64,000 nucleotides of DNA from an uncultured Acidimicrobiaceae bacterium (GTDB lineage: Bacteria; Actinomycetota; Acidimicrobiia; Acidimicrobiales; Bog-793). Below, in pieces: positions 9,658 to 18,780 of the stretch; positions within the stretch are counted from its first letter, which is position 1, and each line of letters begins with the position of its first letter. The stretch covers positions 125,176 to 189,175 of the forward strand of contig CAWECD010000017.1 in the NCBI GenBank assembly GCA_963807575.1. The letters are read 5' to 3'. Below the pieces are notes generated by a model that saw nothing but the letters and a program-made list of their open reading frames with translations, was not told where the DNA came from and searched no databases. A program made the translations under genes and the position numbers.

Positions 9658-10713
9658 TCAGTCGAGCGAGATGGGCTCGTCGTCGTCGGCCAAGCCTCCA
9701 ACTCCGATCGGCGTCTCAACCGCAAGAGCCGCTTTCTCGGCTACCAGGCTACGGATCCGCTGATGGAGCTCGATCATGAGCTCTGGGCTCTCCCGTAGGA
9801 ATTGCTTGGCATTCTCACGGCCCTGGCCCAGCTGCTCGCCCTCGTAGGTGTACCACGCGCCGGACTTCTTCGCGATCCCCAGATCGACGGCCACGTCGAG
9901 CACGGAGCCCTCTCGGCTGATACCCCTGCCGTAGACGATGTCGAACTCGGCCATGCGGAAGGGGGGAGCACACTTGTTCTTCACGACCTTGACCCGCGTG
10001 CGGTTGCCGATGACCTCGGTCCCGTCCTTGATGGACTCCAACCTGCGAATATCGAGCCGGACCGAGGCGTAGAACTTGAGCGCGCGCCCTCCGGGCGTGA
10101 CTTCCGGCGATCCGTAAACCACGCCGATCTTCTCTCTCAGCTGGTTGATGAACAGGGCGATCGTCGATGACTTGCTGAGCGTGCCCGTGAGCTTGCGCAG
10201 CGCCTGGGACATCAGGCGTGCCTGCAGGCCGACATGGGTGTCACCCATGTCACCTTCGAGCTCGGCACGTGGTGTGAGCGCCGCCACCGAATCGATGACG
10301 ATCACGTCCATCGCTCCGGAGCGGATCAGCATGTCGGCGATCTCGAGTGCTTGTTCGCCTGTGTCGGGCTGGGAGATCAGCAGCTCGTCGATGTCGACAC
10401 CGATGGCTTTGGCGTAGACGGGGTCAAGCGCGTGCTCCGCATCGATATAGGCACAGATTCCCCCATTACGCTGGGCTTCCGCGACCACGTGCAACGCGAG
10501 GGTCGACTTGCCGGAGGACTCGGGCCCGAACAGTTCAATTATCCGCCCTTTGGGGAGCCCACCGATTCCGAGTGCGAGGTCAAGGGCCATCGCCCCAGTC
10601 GAGATCACTTCGATCCCCATGCCGGTGTGCTCACCCATGCGCATGACTGAGCCCTTTCCGAACTGCTTCTCGATCTGGCTGAGTGCCGCCTCGAGTGCCT
10701 TGTCACGCTCCAT
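9658..10713 (-). CDS. recA: recombinase RecA
   Basis: Walker [11 protein letters not shown]1/L2 loops, canonical RecA sequence throughout; start at internal [14 protein letters not shown] (352 aa, no intein). Confidence 0.95.
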   Translation of the reverse strand: MERDKALEAALSQIEKQFGKGSVMRMGEHTGMGIEVISTGAMALDLALGIGGLPKGRIIELFGPESSGKSTLALHVVAEAQRNGGICAYIDAEHALDPVYAKAIGVDIDELLISQPDTGEQALEIADMLIRSGAMDVIVIDSVAALTPRAELEGDMGDTHVGLQARLMSQALRKLTGTLSKSSTIALFINQLREKIGVVYGSPEVTPGGRALKFYASVRLDIRRLESIKDGTEVIGNRTRVKVVKNKCAPPFRMAEFDIVYGRGISREGSVLDVAVDLGIAKKSGAWYTYEGEQLGQGRENAKQFLRESPELMIELHQRIRSLVAEKAALAVETPIGVGGLADDDEPISLD

Positions 10714-10894
10714 GGTCGGGTCCCTCTCCTCTCGTGCTGCCTGTCGACGGTCCAATTCCGAGACGGGACCTCTCTGCTGTGGTGTTGCGTCATCCCGCCT
10801 CACCGGTATCACGCCGGCAGGCCGCAACCTACGAAATGGGTATGTCACTCCCGTCACGGGTCCCTGCTGCGAGGTCATGACATCACTGTAGTTC

Positions 10895-10908
10895 CAAACA
10901 TATGTTCG
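10895..10908. promoter_or_regulatory. putative SOS (Cheo/LexA) box upstream of recA
   Basis: CAAACATATGTTCG, one mismatch from Gram-positive/actinobacterial CGAAC-N4-GTTCG palindrome, about 180 bp upstream of recA start. Confidence 0.45.
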
Positions 10909-10984
10909 TTGGTGGACCTTGGCGCGGCTTGGTCCCCGGGCGACGCTGGTACGCAAAGGCCCCGCAGAACCTGACGTTCGCCTC

Positions 10985-12247
10985 CTAGGCTTCCTCACCG
11001 GTTGCGCAAAGCCGGCGCCGCAGGACGTTCAGGGCCGAGATGGTCGCAAGCTGTCGGACACGCTCCCGATCGCCAGGCAGGCGAAGCTCGACGGCATCGG
11101 CCGCCGACCCCGGGACAGCGAGGCCCACGACAACGGTGCCGACCCGTCGGCCCTCCTGTTCGGAGGGGCCGGCGACACCGGTCGTCGCGAGGCCAACCTC
11201 GGCACCGAGAACACGCCGCGCACCTTCAGCCATGGCCGCCGCCGCGTCACGCGAAACGACCGGCCCCTCCCCCACTCCGAGCACCGACTGCTTGACGCCG
11301 GCGTCGTAGGCCACGACGGCTCCCCGGAACCACTCGCTCGCACCCGGTACGCCGACGACCCGAGCCGCGACAAGACCGCCCGTCACTGATTCGGCCATCC
11401 CGAGGTGCCAGCCGCGCGCGAGCAAGAGCCGGCCCACCGCGCCCTCCATCGTCTCCTCGTCGACACCGAAGACCGCTTCACCGACGAGCGCGCGTATCTC
11501 GGCTTCCTCGGCATCGAGCGCCCTGTCAGCGGTGTCGTCGTCAGCAGCCTTCACGGTGAGGCGAACCTTGATCCCTTCGATGCCGCTGGCCAGGAAGGCA
11601 ATAGTCGGCACGCCCAGTCCTCCTGCCTCGAGAGCCTCGACGCGGCCTGCGACAAGCTCGGCCAGACCGGACTCGCTGTAGCCCCAAGTCTTGAGCGTCC
11701 GGCTGCGGATCACGGCCGCCTGCCCGGATCGCCTCCGAAGATCGGGCAGCACAGCTCGGTCCATCATGTCGTGCAGCTCGTAAGGCACTCCGGGCAGCGC
11801 GTACATAACCTTGTCCCCGACAGGGCAGATGAGGCCCGGCGCGGTTCCGATGGTCTGACGGATCACAGTCGCGCCTTCGGGCACGTCAGCTTGTTGCTCG
11901 TTGTTGGCCGGCATCGTCCGGCTCGAGCCACGAGGCACGAACCGGTCCCTGATGGTCTGCATGACGGCCGCGTCCCGGCGCAATGGCGCGTTCATCACGA
12001 GCGCGATCGCCTCCCGGGTGAGATCGTCCTGGGTGGGCCCGAGACCGCCACACACGATCACTGCTTCGTTTCGCTCGAGTGCGGTGCGCAGCACAGAGAC
12101 AATCCGCGCGACGTTGTCACCCACCCTCGTCTGGAAATGGCAGTCGACTCCCGACAGGGCTAGCCGCTCTCCGATCCAGGCAGAGTTCGTATCGACGATC
12201 TGGCCAAGGAGAAGCTCCGTCCCGACTGCCACGACCTCGGCTCGCAT
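10985..12247 (-). CDS. cinA: competence/damage-inducible protein CinA (MoCF-binding N-domain + CinA C-domain)
   Basis: N-terminal [25 protein letters not shown] molybdopterin-binding fold and C-terminal CinA domain (MAESVTGGL); conserved pgsA-cinA-recA order. Confidence 0.85.
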   Translation of the reverse strand: MRAEVVAVGTELLLGQIVDTNSAWIGERLALSGVDCHFQTRVGDNVARIVSVLRTALERNEAVIVCGGLGPTQDDLTREAIALVMNAPLRRDAAVMQTIRDRFVPRGSSRTMPANNEQQADVPEGATVIRQTIGTAPGLICPVGDKVMYALPGVPYELHDMMDRAVLPDLRRRSGQAAVIRSRTLKTWGYSESGLAELVAGRVEALEAGGLGVPTIAFLASGIEGIKVRLTVKAADDDTADRALDAEEAEIRALVGEAVFGVDEETMEGAVGRLLLARGWHLGMAESVTGGLVAARVVGVPGASEWFRGAVVAYDAGVKQSVLGVGEGPVVSRDAAAAMAEGARRVLGAEVGLATTGVAGPSEQEGRRVGTVVVGLAVPGSAADAVELRLPGDRERVRQLATISALNVLRRRLCATGEEA

Positions 12248-12275
12248 ACGACGTCCCCCGGACCAACGCCCGTGC

Positions 12276-12881
12276 TCAGGCGACGTGACGATCGACGTTG
12301 CCGGGCGTCGGCGCGTCGGCACTGGCGAGGAGTTTGCGCGAGTCGCGCAGGTACTCGAGACCGGTCCACAACGTGACCGCGACAACGAACCACAGCACCC
12401 AGCCCACGGCCCTCGCGTGGTGTAGACCTACCGGTGGCAGGAACGCGAGCCCTATCACGACGTCTTGCAGCAAGGTCTTCGCCTTCGCCGTCGTCCTGGC
12501 CGGCACCGACACTCCGCGTCGTGCCGCGTAGCCCCGGAAAACGCTCATGGAGACCTCACGTGCCGCGATCAGGATCACAGGCAGCCAGCTCACCTCTCCA
12601 ATCGCCGCAAGCGCCGCAAGCACGCCGAGGACGATGCACTTGTCGGCGAGCGGGTCGAGGAACGCTCCGGAGCGTGTCGTGCCGTGGCGCCTTGCGACGA
12701 AGCCGTCGAGGCCGTCGGAAGACGAGCAAATGAACCAGAGACCCACCAGCAGCCAGCTGGACGGCCCGGTGGCGACCACAAGCGCCACCATGAGCGGCGA
12801 CGCAAGCAACCTCGCGAGCGTGAGCGCGTTCGCAGGCGTCATCAGAGCTGACGGCCCGAAGACCTTGTCCCGGTCACTCAT
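12276..12881 (-). CDS. pgsA: CDP-diacylglycerol--glycerol-3-phosphate 3-phosphatidyltransferase
   Basis: CDP-alcohol phosphatidyltransferase motif DGxxAR...G...D..xD (DGLDGFVARRHGTTRSGAFLDPLADK); start may be at downstream ATG (MTPANALTLARLL). Confidence 0.8.
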   Translation of the reverse strand: MSDRDKVFGPSALMTPANALTLARLLASPLMVALVVATGPSSWLLVGLWFICSSSDGLDGFVARRHGTTRSGAFLDPLADKCIVLGVLAALAAIGEVSWLPVILIAAREVSMSVFRGYAARRGVSVPARTTAKAKTLLQDVVIGLAFLPPVGLHHARAVGWVLWFVVAVTLWTGLEYLRDSRKLLASADAPTPGNVDRHVA

Positions 12882-14203
12882 GGGGCCGCCGCCATGAGCT
12901 CGAGCACGGGGACCGCCTCAAGATCGGGCCCGACCGCGCCGGTGCAGCGGACCGGGCCCAGCCAGCCTTCCGGGACAGAACGTGGCACCCGCACGATGCC
13001 GTCGATCTCCGGTGCTTCCCGATAGGACCGGGCACGGCCGGGCCGGTCGACCAGTACTTCGCTCGTCGTCCCAACCAGCTGCTGGCGCCGACGGGCCGTG
13101 ATCGCCTCCTGGAGCTCCGAGCACTCCTGGAGTCGCTCGAGTGCGAGCGAGCTCGGGACCTGCTCGGCGAGACCGGCGGCCAGCGTTCCGGCTTCGCGGG
13201 AGAACGTGAAGAAGCCCGCCCAGTCGAGGTTCGCCTCTTCGATGAACCTGAGCAGCTCGTCGTGGTCACCTTCGGTCTCGCCCGGATAACCGAGTATGAA
13301 TGACGAGCGGAACACCGCGCCTGGCTCGAGGCGCCGGATCCGTCCGATCCGTTCGAGGAACCGGGTCGCGTCCCCCCAACGCCGCATCTTGCGTAACAGA
13401 GACCCCGAAGCGTGCTGCAGGGAGAGATCGAAGTAGGGAACGCCAGTCCCGACGATCGCCTCGACGAGCCGATCGCTGAGCGAGGACGGGTAAAGGTAGA
13501 GCAGGCGGACCCGATCGACTCGCTGGGACACCGCGCCGATGAGCTCGACAATGCCGGGACCCGCTCTGTCGGGCTTCCCCACCGCGGAGGTGCGATCACG
13601 ACCGTACGAAGCAAGATCCTGCGCGACAAGGACGATCTCCCGCACCTTCAGCGCCTCGACTTCGGCAAGGATCGAAGCCGCCGGCCTCGAGCGCTGCTTT
13701 CCGCGGAACGACGGGATCGCGCAGAACCCGCACCGCCGGTCGCAGCCTTCGGCCACCTTGACATAGGCCCATGGCGCGGTCGCTTGTGGCCGCGGGAGCT
13801 CCAACAGGTCGAAGCTCTGCGGCAAGCCATCAGCGCTCGAGTCATCGCAATGGGCCCGCACAACTCGCCGGTCAGTCTTCATCTCGACCGGCACCCCGAA
13901 ACCGGCGACGAGGTCGATCTCACCGAGCGCCGCCACGAGCTCTTCACCCGAGCGCTCGGCGAGGCACCCAGTGACGACGAGCCGAGACCCGGGCTTTCGC
14001 AGGCCGTCGAGCTCGAGGATGGTCTCGATCGACTCCTCGCGCGCGGCCTCGATGAAAGCGCACGTGTTCACGACGACAAGGTCGGCCTCACCAGGATCCC
14101 GTGCCGGCTCATAGCCGCCGGCGGCCAAGCGACCGATCAGCTTCTCCGAGTCCACCTCATTCTTCGGGCACCCGAGCGTCGTGATCCAAAAGCGCTCGTC
14201 CAC
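12878..14203 (-). CDS. rimO: ribosomal protein S12 methylthiotransferase RimO (radical SAM MTTase)
   Basis: N-terminal GCPKNEVDSE MTTase motif, radical-SAM CxxxCxxC (CDRRCGFCAIP), TRAM domain; stop overlaps pgsA start. Confidence 0.85.
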   Translation of the reverse strand: MDERFWITTLGCPKNEVDSEKLIGRLAAGGYEPARDPGEADLVVVNTCAFIEAAREESIETILELDGLRKPGSRLVVTGCLAERSGEELVAALGEIDLVAGFGVPVEMKTDRRVVRAHCDDSSADGLPQSFDLLELPRPQATAPWAYVKVAEGCDRRCGFCAIPSFRGKQRSRPAASILAEVEALKVREIVLVAQDLASYGRDRTSAVGKPDRAGPGIVELIGAVSQRVDRVRLLYLYPSSLSDRLVEAIVGTGVPYFDLSLQHASGSLLRKMRRWGDATRFLERIGRIRRLEPGAVFRSSFILGYPGETEGDHDELLRFIEEANLDWAGFFTFSREAGTLAAGLAEQVPSSLALERLQECSELQEAITARRRQQLVGTTSEVLVDRPGRARSYREAPEIDGIVRVPRSVPEGWLGPVRCTGAVGPDLEAVPVLELMAAAP

Positions 14204-14248
14204 CTACGAAGCGTACCAATGCCGGGGGGCACCGGCCTCTTGGCCTTC

Positions 14249-14992
14249 TCAGAGCCGCTCAAGTAGTTCTCGACGCTTCTGCTCGTACTCGGCATCGGTG
14301 ACGACGCCATGGCGGTGCAGCTCGGCCAGCTCGCCAAGCTGCTGAGCAACGGTCGGCACCGCGGCACGCAAGATCGGCTCCACGCCCTGTGGTGATACGA
14401 CACGCGGAATGGGATCGGTGACCGGTGGTGCTGTGTGCACACTCGGAGCCGCCGTCGACCGTGCAGCTTCGAGTGGGACTGCTCCCTCAGAACCCGGCGC
14501 CGGCGGGTAGCCACCAGCGCTCTTGGCCACGACACGGTTGATCAGTGACTGCACCTCGTCGGGCCTGCTGATGTCGGGAAATGGATCTTGCCCGTGGCGA
14601 CCGGCGGACTCGACGGTGAGACTGCCCGCTCTCACGATCCGCTCGACGACGGTCTGGTGATAGGTCACGTCCTGCACACGCCCGATCGGGATCTCCCGAC
14701 CGGTCCTCCTCAGCACACCGGTCCGGTAGACGATCCGCTGAGAGGTGACGACGAAAGTGGTAGTGCGCCAACCGATGTAGCGAGAACCGAGGTAGACGAT
14801 CGCGACGACGGCGATGCCGAGCCGGGCCCACCCAGCGACGGCTGGTGCATTCGTCCATAGCACGACTGAGGCCACGCAGCCGGCGAGGACCACTGCGGTG
14901 CAGACCGACGGCCAGAACAGGTAAGACCAGTTCGGCCTCGAGTCGAGGTAGATCTCCTCGCCAGGACCCAACAGTCTCGTGGGAAAGGTCAC
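14249..14992 (-). CDS. membrane protein with bacterial PH (DUF304/YdbT-like) domain and C-terminal SHOCT domain
   Basis: Two TM helices then PH-like core; C-terminal ELAELHRHGVVTDAEYEQKRRELL matches SHOCT short oligomerisation motif. Confidence 0.6.
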   Translation of the reverse strand: MTFPTRLLGPGEEIYLDSRPNWSYLFWPSVCTAVVLAGCVASVVLWTNAPAVAGWARLGIAVVAIVYLGSRYIGWRTTTFVVTSQRIVYRTGVLRRTGREIPIGRVQDVTYHQTVVERIVRAGSLTVESAGRHGQDPFPDISRPDEVQSLINRVVAKSAGGYPPAPGSEGAVPLEAARSTAAPSVHTAPPVTDPIPRVVSPQGVEPILRAAVPTVAQQLGELAELHRHGVVTDAEYEQKRRELLERL

Positions 14993-15020
14993 CTCGCCTG
15001 CCCGAGCGTCGACCTGCGGT

Positions 15021-16250
15021 TCATCCCAGCTTGCTCGCGATGGATCCCGCGAGTCTCAGGACCGACCCGTCCGAGCCCGCCGACGAGTAGGCGGCCGCGG
15101 GCCGTCTGGTGGCTTCTGCCACCAAGTCAAGCAACAGCGCTGTGAAAGGCAAACGGGGATCGATCCATAGGTAGTGCGAGAGCGAACCGGGGATCGTGTT
15201 GATCTCGTTTATGAAGACGTCCTCACCATCGGACAGGAAGTCCAGCCGCGCGACACCGCGCAAGCCCACCAGCGAGGCCACCTCGGTTGCAAGCGCCCTA
15301 ATGCGCTGCTCGACCTCGGGCTCGATCTGCGCAGGCAGTTCGCGCGGGGCAGATGTCATCCCTCCCGACCCGACGTACTTGTCCTGATAGCCAAGGATCT
15401 CTCCTCCACTGCGCGTCCGGAGCGGCCGTTCGATGGCAGACAGCTGGAGCTCCGGCCAGCTCCTGACGGCGAGCTGCAAGTCGAACATCTCCGCTTCGTA
15501 CGGCTCGAGAACCGCGCCTCGACGCAGGTGGGGGTTCGCCTTCAGCCGCGCCCGGGCTGTGTCGAAGTCTGCGACGACCTCGACGCCGATGGAGGAGCCG
15601 CCGAAGCGCGGCTTGACGATGAAGGGGGGAGGGAATCCTGGTTCCTCACTGTCCTCGCCCAGTGGCACCCGTGGTAAGGCAGGCAAGCCCGCATAGATCA
15701 CAAGCGCGCCAAAAGCGAGCTTGTCCATGCCGAGGGCAGCGCCCATCGCCGTCGGGCCGGAATAAGCAACCCCCGTCAGGTCCAAGGCACCCTGGAGGGT
15801 CCCGTCCTCTCCCGGGCCGCCGTGACAGCAGACGAGCACTGCATCAAGGTCGAGGCGGTCCTCCTTGGACCGCAGCCCGCTCGCGGGCCTGGCAAACCCA
15901 CCACCCGGGCCGCTTATCAGGCGCAGGCGCACTGCGTTGGCGGGGACTCCCTCGACAAATCCCGCCGCCTCCGTCGCGGCCTGAACCTCGTACCAGTCAC
16001 CCGACTTTGACCAGTACAACGACCGTACGCTGCCGACTCCCGGAGCGTGGGCGAGTGTGTGAGCGACCTGAAGGCCCGTGAGGATAGACACGTCGTGCTC
16101 GGGCGATGGGCCGCCGTAGATCACTCCCACGCGCGCCGGGCGGCTGCCCGGACCCGCGCCGATCTCACCCGAACGTGCCTGAACGACCGCTTTCGGCAAG
16201 ACGAACGCTCCCCGATCGTCGAAATCCAGGCGCCTCGCACTTGGCCTCAT
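15021..16250 (-). CDS. ddl: D-alanine--D-alanine ligase (ATP-grasp)
   Basis: N-terminal VGVIYGGPSPEHDVS, ATP-grasp core, C-terminal EINTIPG motif; about 35 aa N-terminal extension so true start uncertain. Confidence 0.8.
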   Translation of the reverse strand: MRPSARRLDFDDRGAFVLPKAVVQARSGEIGAGPGSRPARVGVIYGGPSPEHDVSILTGLQVAHTLAHAPGVGSVRSLYWSKSGDWYEVQAATEAAGFVEGVPANAVRLRLISGPGGGFARPASGLRSKEDRLDLDAVLVCCHGGPGEDGTLQGALDLTGVAYSGPTAMGAALGMDKLAFGALVIYAGLPALPRVPLGEDSEEPGFPPPFIVKPRFGGSSIGVEVVADFDTARARLKANPHLRRGAVLEPYEAEMFDLQLAVRSWPELQLSAIERPLRTRSGGEILGYQDKYVGSGGMTSAPRELPAQIEPEVEQRIRALATEVASLVGLRGVARLDFLSDGEDVFINEINTIPGSLSHYLWIDPRLPFTALLLDLVAEATRRPAAAYSSAGSDGSVLRLAGSIASKLG

Positions 16251-16341
16251 CGTGGGGCCACTCTATGCCACTCTCCGGTCGCGAAGGTTGACCCGGCTTC
16301 GCCGAATCGGCGTCTTCTGCTCCCACGGATCGGTACTGCGC

Positions 16342-17892
16342 TCAGGGGAAGTGGTCCGGGAGATCGTTCTCGAACAGCACGGCGTCGGCCGGGCCCAGCT
16401 TCTCATGCGCCCACTCGACCGCCTCCTCCCGTGTGCCCACAACCTTGACCGACACAGGACGTCCGGCCCGGAGACAACCCTCGACCAGCGCCGCCCTGTT
16501 CGTCCTTCCAACAACAACCAGATCTGTCACAACGGCCGCCGCGCTCTCGGCCAAGGCGGCATTCTCAGCAGGCTGGGTCCTGCCGAGCTCCACCATTCCA
16601 GGCGTCACCAGGACCCGTCGGCCTTGACAAGCCTCGGACCCGAGTACCTCGAGGGCATGCCGGGCACCGGCCGGGTTCGCGTTGAACGTGTCGTCGAGCA
16701 CGACATAACCGGCATTGGCCTGGTAGCGCTGCAGCCTGTTCGGCACGCCCGGCAAGGAGGCGAGGCGCCTCACCACCGCCTCAGGATCGATTCCGAGCTC
16801 GACCGCCACCGCTACCGCACAAGCGGCGTTCGTTCGGATAGGCGGTGGGGACCCCGGTGCCAGCACGATGACGCCCGACGACCTTCCACTGAGTCGTAGC
16901 TCGAGGCCGTCCGAGTGTTCAATCACGGCCACGTCCGCGCCCGGATCGGTCCCCGAGACGCGCACCAGTTTCTGGGTCGCTCCAAGGTGTCGCGCGAGTC
17001 CCTCGAGCCGTTCGTCGTCGACGTTGAGCACGACCACCCGAGCGGCCGAGGTGATCTCCGCCTTGGCCGAGAGCGTCCTGTCGAGGGTGCCGAAGCGCTC
17101 CAGATGCGCTGGGCCGATTGAGGTGATGACCGCAACCTCGGGCTGGAGCCAGCCACAAAGCGCCGAGATCTCACCAGGGCCGTACGCACCCATCTCGGCC
17201 ACGAGCACTTCGGTCCCAGCCACGAGATGCTCGTTGACCGTGCGGGCGAGCCCAGCGCGGTTGTTGAAGCTGCGTGGGCTCGCCACGACGCTGCGATCGC
17301 CGGCGATGAGGTGAGCGACGTAGGTCTTCGTCGTCGTCTTCCCGTACGAGCCCGTGATAGCCACCACGAGGGGCCGAATCCTGGCAAGCACAGCTGACGC
17401 GTGCGCGACGTAGCGTTGCGCCAGCAGGTTCTCCACTGGCCTCAGAACCGCGAGCGCCACGTCGACAAACAACGGAACGGTGATCGCGCTCCACGCTGCT
17501 GCGAGCACAGCGCCGGAAAGACCCTCGTAAACCGCGGTCAGCGCGATGCCGAGGCCTTCCAGCCCCACGGTGACGAGCGCGACCTGAGACATCCGGCGTG
17601 TCCACACCAGCCGCGACGTGCGACCCCGCAAACGAAGGCCGATCGGTCCAACCCCCACGACGGCGGCAGTCGCCACGCCCGCAACCGCGGTAACCGCCGC
17701 CATGCCGGCGCCAACCGCGGCCACTAGGGCCAAAGCCATGTTCAACGGCGTGCCTGCCCACCAACGCCATCCGAAGCGCGCAGCCGAGCCTGGCAGGTAG
17801 TGCTCGCGTTGGGAGACGCGAAGCCATCGCAGGTCGGCGCAGACCATCGAAGCGACGAGTGCGCCGAGGGTTACGGCGCCGAGCGCGGTCAC
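16342..17892 (-). CDS. Mur ligase family protein (MurF-like) with hydrophobic N-terminal domain
   Basis: Central ATPase motif ITGSYGKTTTKTY and Mur ligase C-domain; first ~165 aa are Ala/Val/Gly-rich hydrophobic segments replacing the usual MurF N-domain. Confidence 0.75.
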   Translation of the reverse strand: MTALGAVTLGALVASMVCADLRWLRVSQREHYLPGSAARFGWRWWAGTPLNMALALVAAVGAGMAAVTAVAGVATAAVVGVGPIGLRLRGRTSRLVWTRRMSQVALVTVGLEGLGIALTAVYEGLSGAVLAAAWSAITVPLFVDVALAVLRPVENLLAQRYVAHASAVLARIRPLVVAITGSYGKTTTKTYVAHLIAGDRSVVASPRSFNNRAGLARTVNEHLVAGTEVLVAEMGAYGPGEISALCGWLQPEVAVITSIGPAHLERFGTLDRTLSAKAEITSAARVVVLNVDDERLEGLARHLGATQKLVRVSGTDPGADVAVIEHSDGLELRLSGRSSGVIVLAPGSPPPIRTNAACAVAVAVELGIDPEAVVRRLASLPGVPNRLQRYQANAGYVVLDDTFNANPAGARHALEVLGSEACQGRRVLVTPGMVELGRTQPAENAALAESAAAVVTDLVVVGRTNRAALVEGCLRAGRPVSVKVVGTREEAVEWAHEKLGPADAVLFENDLPDHFP

Positions 17893-17926
17893 GACCCGGA
17901 CGTGCCCCCGGTCGACTTTCCGGCGA

Positions 17927-18760
17927 TCACGGCTTCAGCCGCCCGATCGCTGCCCGCAGCTCGCCTGGAACCGTGAGAGGTGTGAGATGGCCCGCGCCAG
18001 GACAAACGACCAGATGCGAATTGGCCAGCTCATGTTGCAGCTGTTGGGCCACCGCCAACGGAGCGGCCGTGTCGTCGTCGCCCCAGACCAGCTCGACGGG
18101 ACACCGCACCGCAGCCAGCGGCGCGGCATAATCCTCGGCAAGAGTGCGCACGAGAACGCCCCGCATGACACCAGAGGCCGCGCGGTAGTCATCGGACCCG
18201 TAACGCTGCCGTAGCGCTTCCATCCTCTCCTGGCCTATCACTCCGTGCGCCGCGAGCCCGCGCGCCATCTTGAAACGCCGCCGCTGCCTCGAACGGGCTC
18301 CAGGAGGCCGGTGAAGCGGTGTTCCGCTCAAAACCAGGCCGGCAATCCTGTCCGGGTGGCTCGCGGCGAGATGCACCGCGACGCGACCGCCGAAGGAATG
18401 CCCGAGCACCACCACCCGCGGCTGCATTTCGTCGAGCACTGCGGCAACGGCGTGGGCGTACTCCGGACTCCCCCACACTGCCTCGGGCGCAGCGGCGCTC
18501 CCGAAGCCGGGCAGGTCAAGTGCGATCGCGTCGATTCCCGCGGGCGCGAGGACCGCGTCGAAATCCCGGTGGTCCCGTCGCCATCCGTGCAGGGCCAGGA
18601 CCCAAGGCACGCCCGCGCCGTACGACTCCCCGAACAGGCGTGAGCCGGCGAAGGACGTGATCATTTCGAAAAAGCTAACGCTTCCTTGAGCCAGCGCACC
18701 TGGCACCTGCAGAGAACTGCCCCCCCCCGTCGCCCCCGTGCCCCCTGAACTCTGAGACAC
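17927..18760 (-). CDS. alpha/beta-fold hydrolase
   Basis: Nucleophile elbow GHSFGG and HGW oxyanion-region motif. Confidence 0.65.
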   Translation of the reverse strand: MSQSSGGTGATGGGSSLQVPGALAQGSVSFFEMITSFAGSRLFGESYGAGVPWVLALHGWRRDHRDFDAVLAPAGIDAIALDLPGFGSAAAPEAVWGSPEYAHAVAAVLDEMQPRVVVLGHSFGGRVAVHLAASHPDRIAGLVLSGTPLHRPPGARSRQRRRFKMARGLAAHGVIGQERMEALRQRYGSDDYRAASGVMRGVLVRTLAEDYAAPLAAVRCPVELVWGDDDTAAPLAVAQQLQHELANSHLVVCPGAGHLTPLTVPGELRAAIGRLKP

Positions 18761-18780
18761 CCGACCGCTACCGTCTGTTC

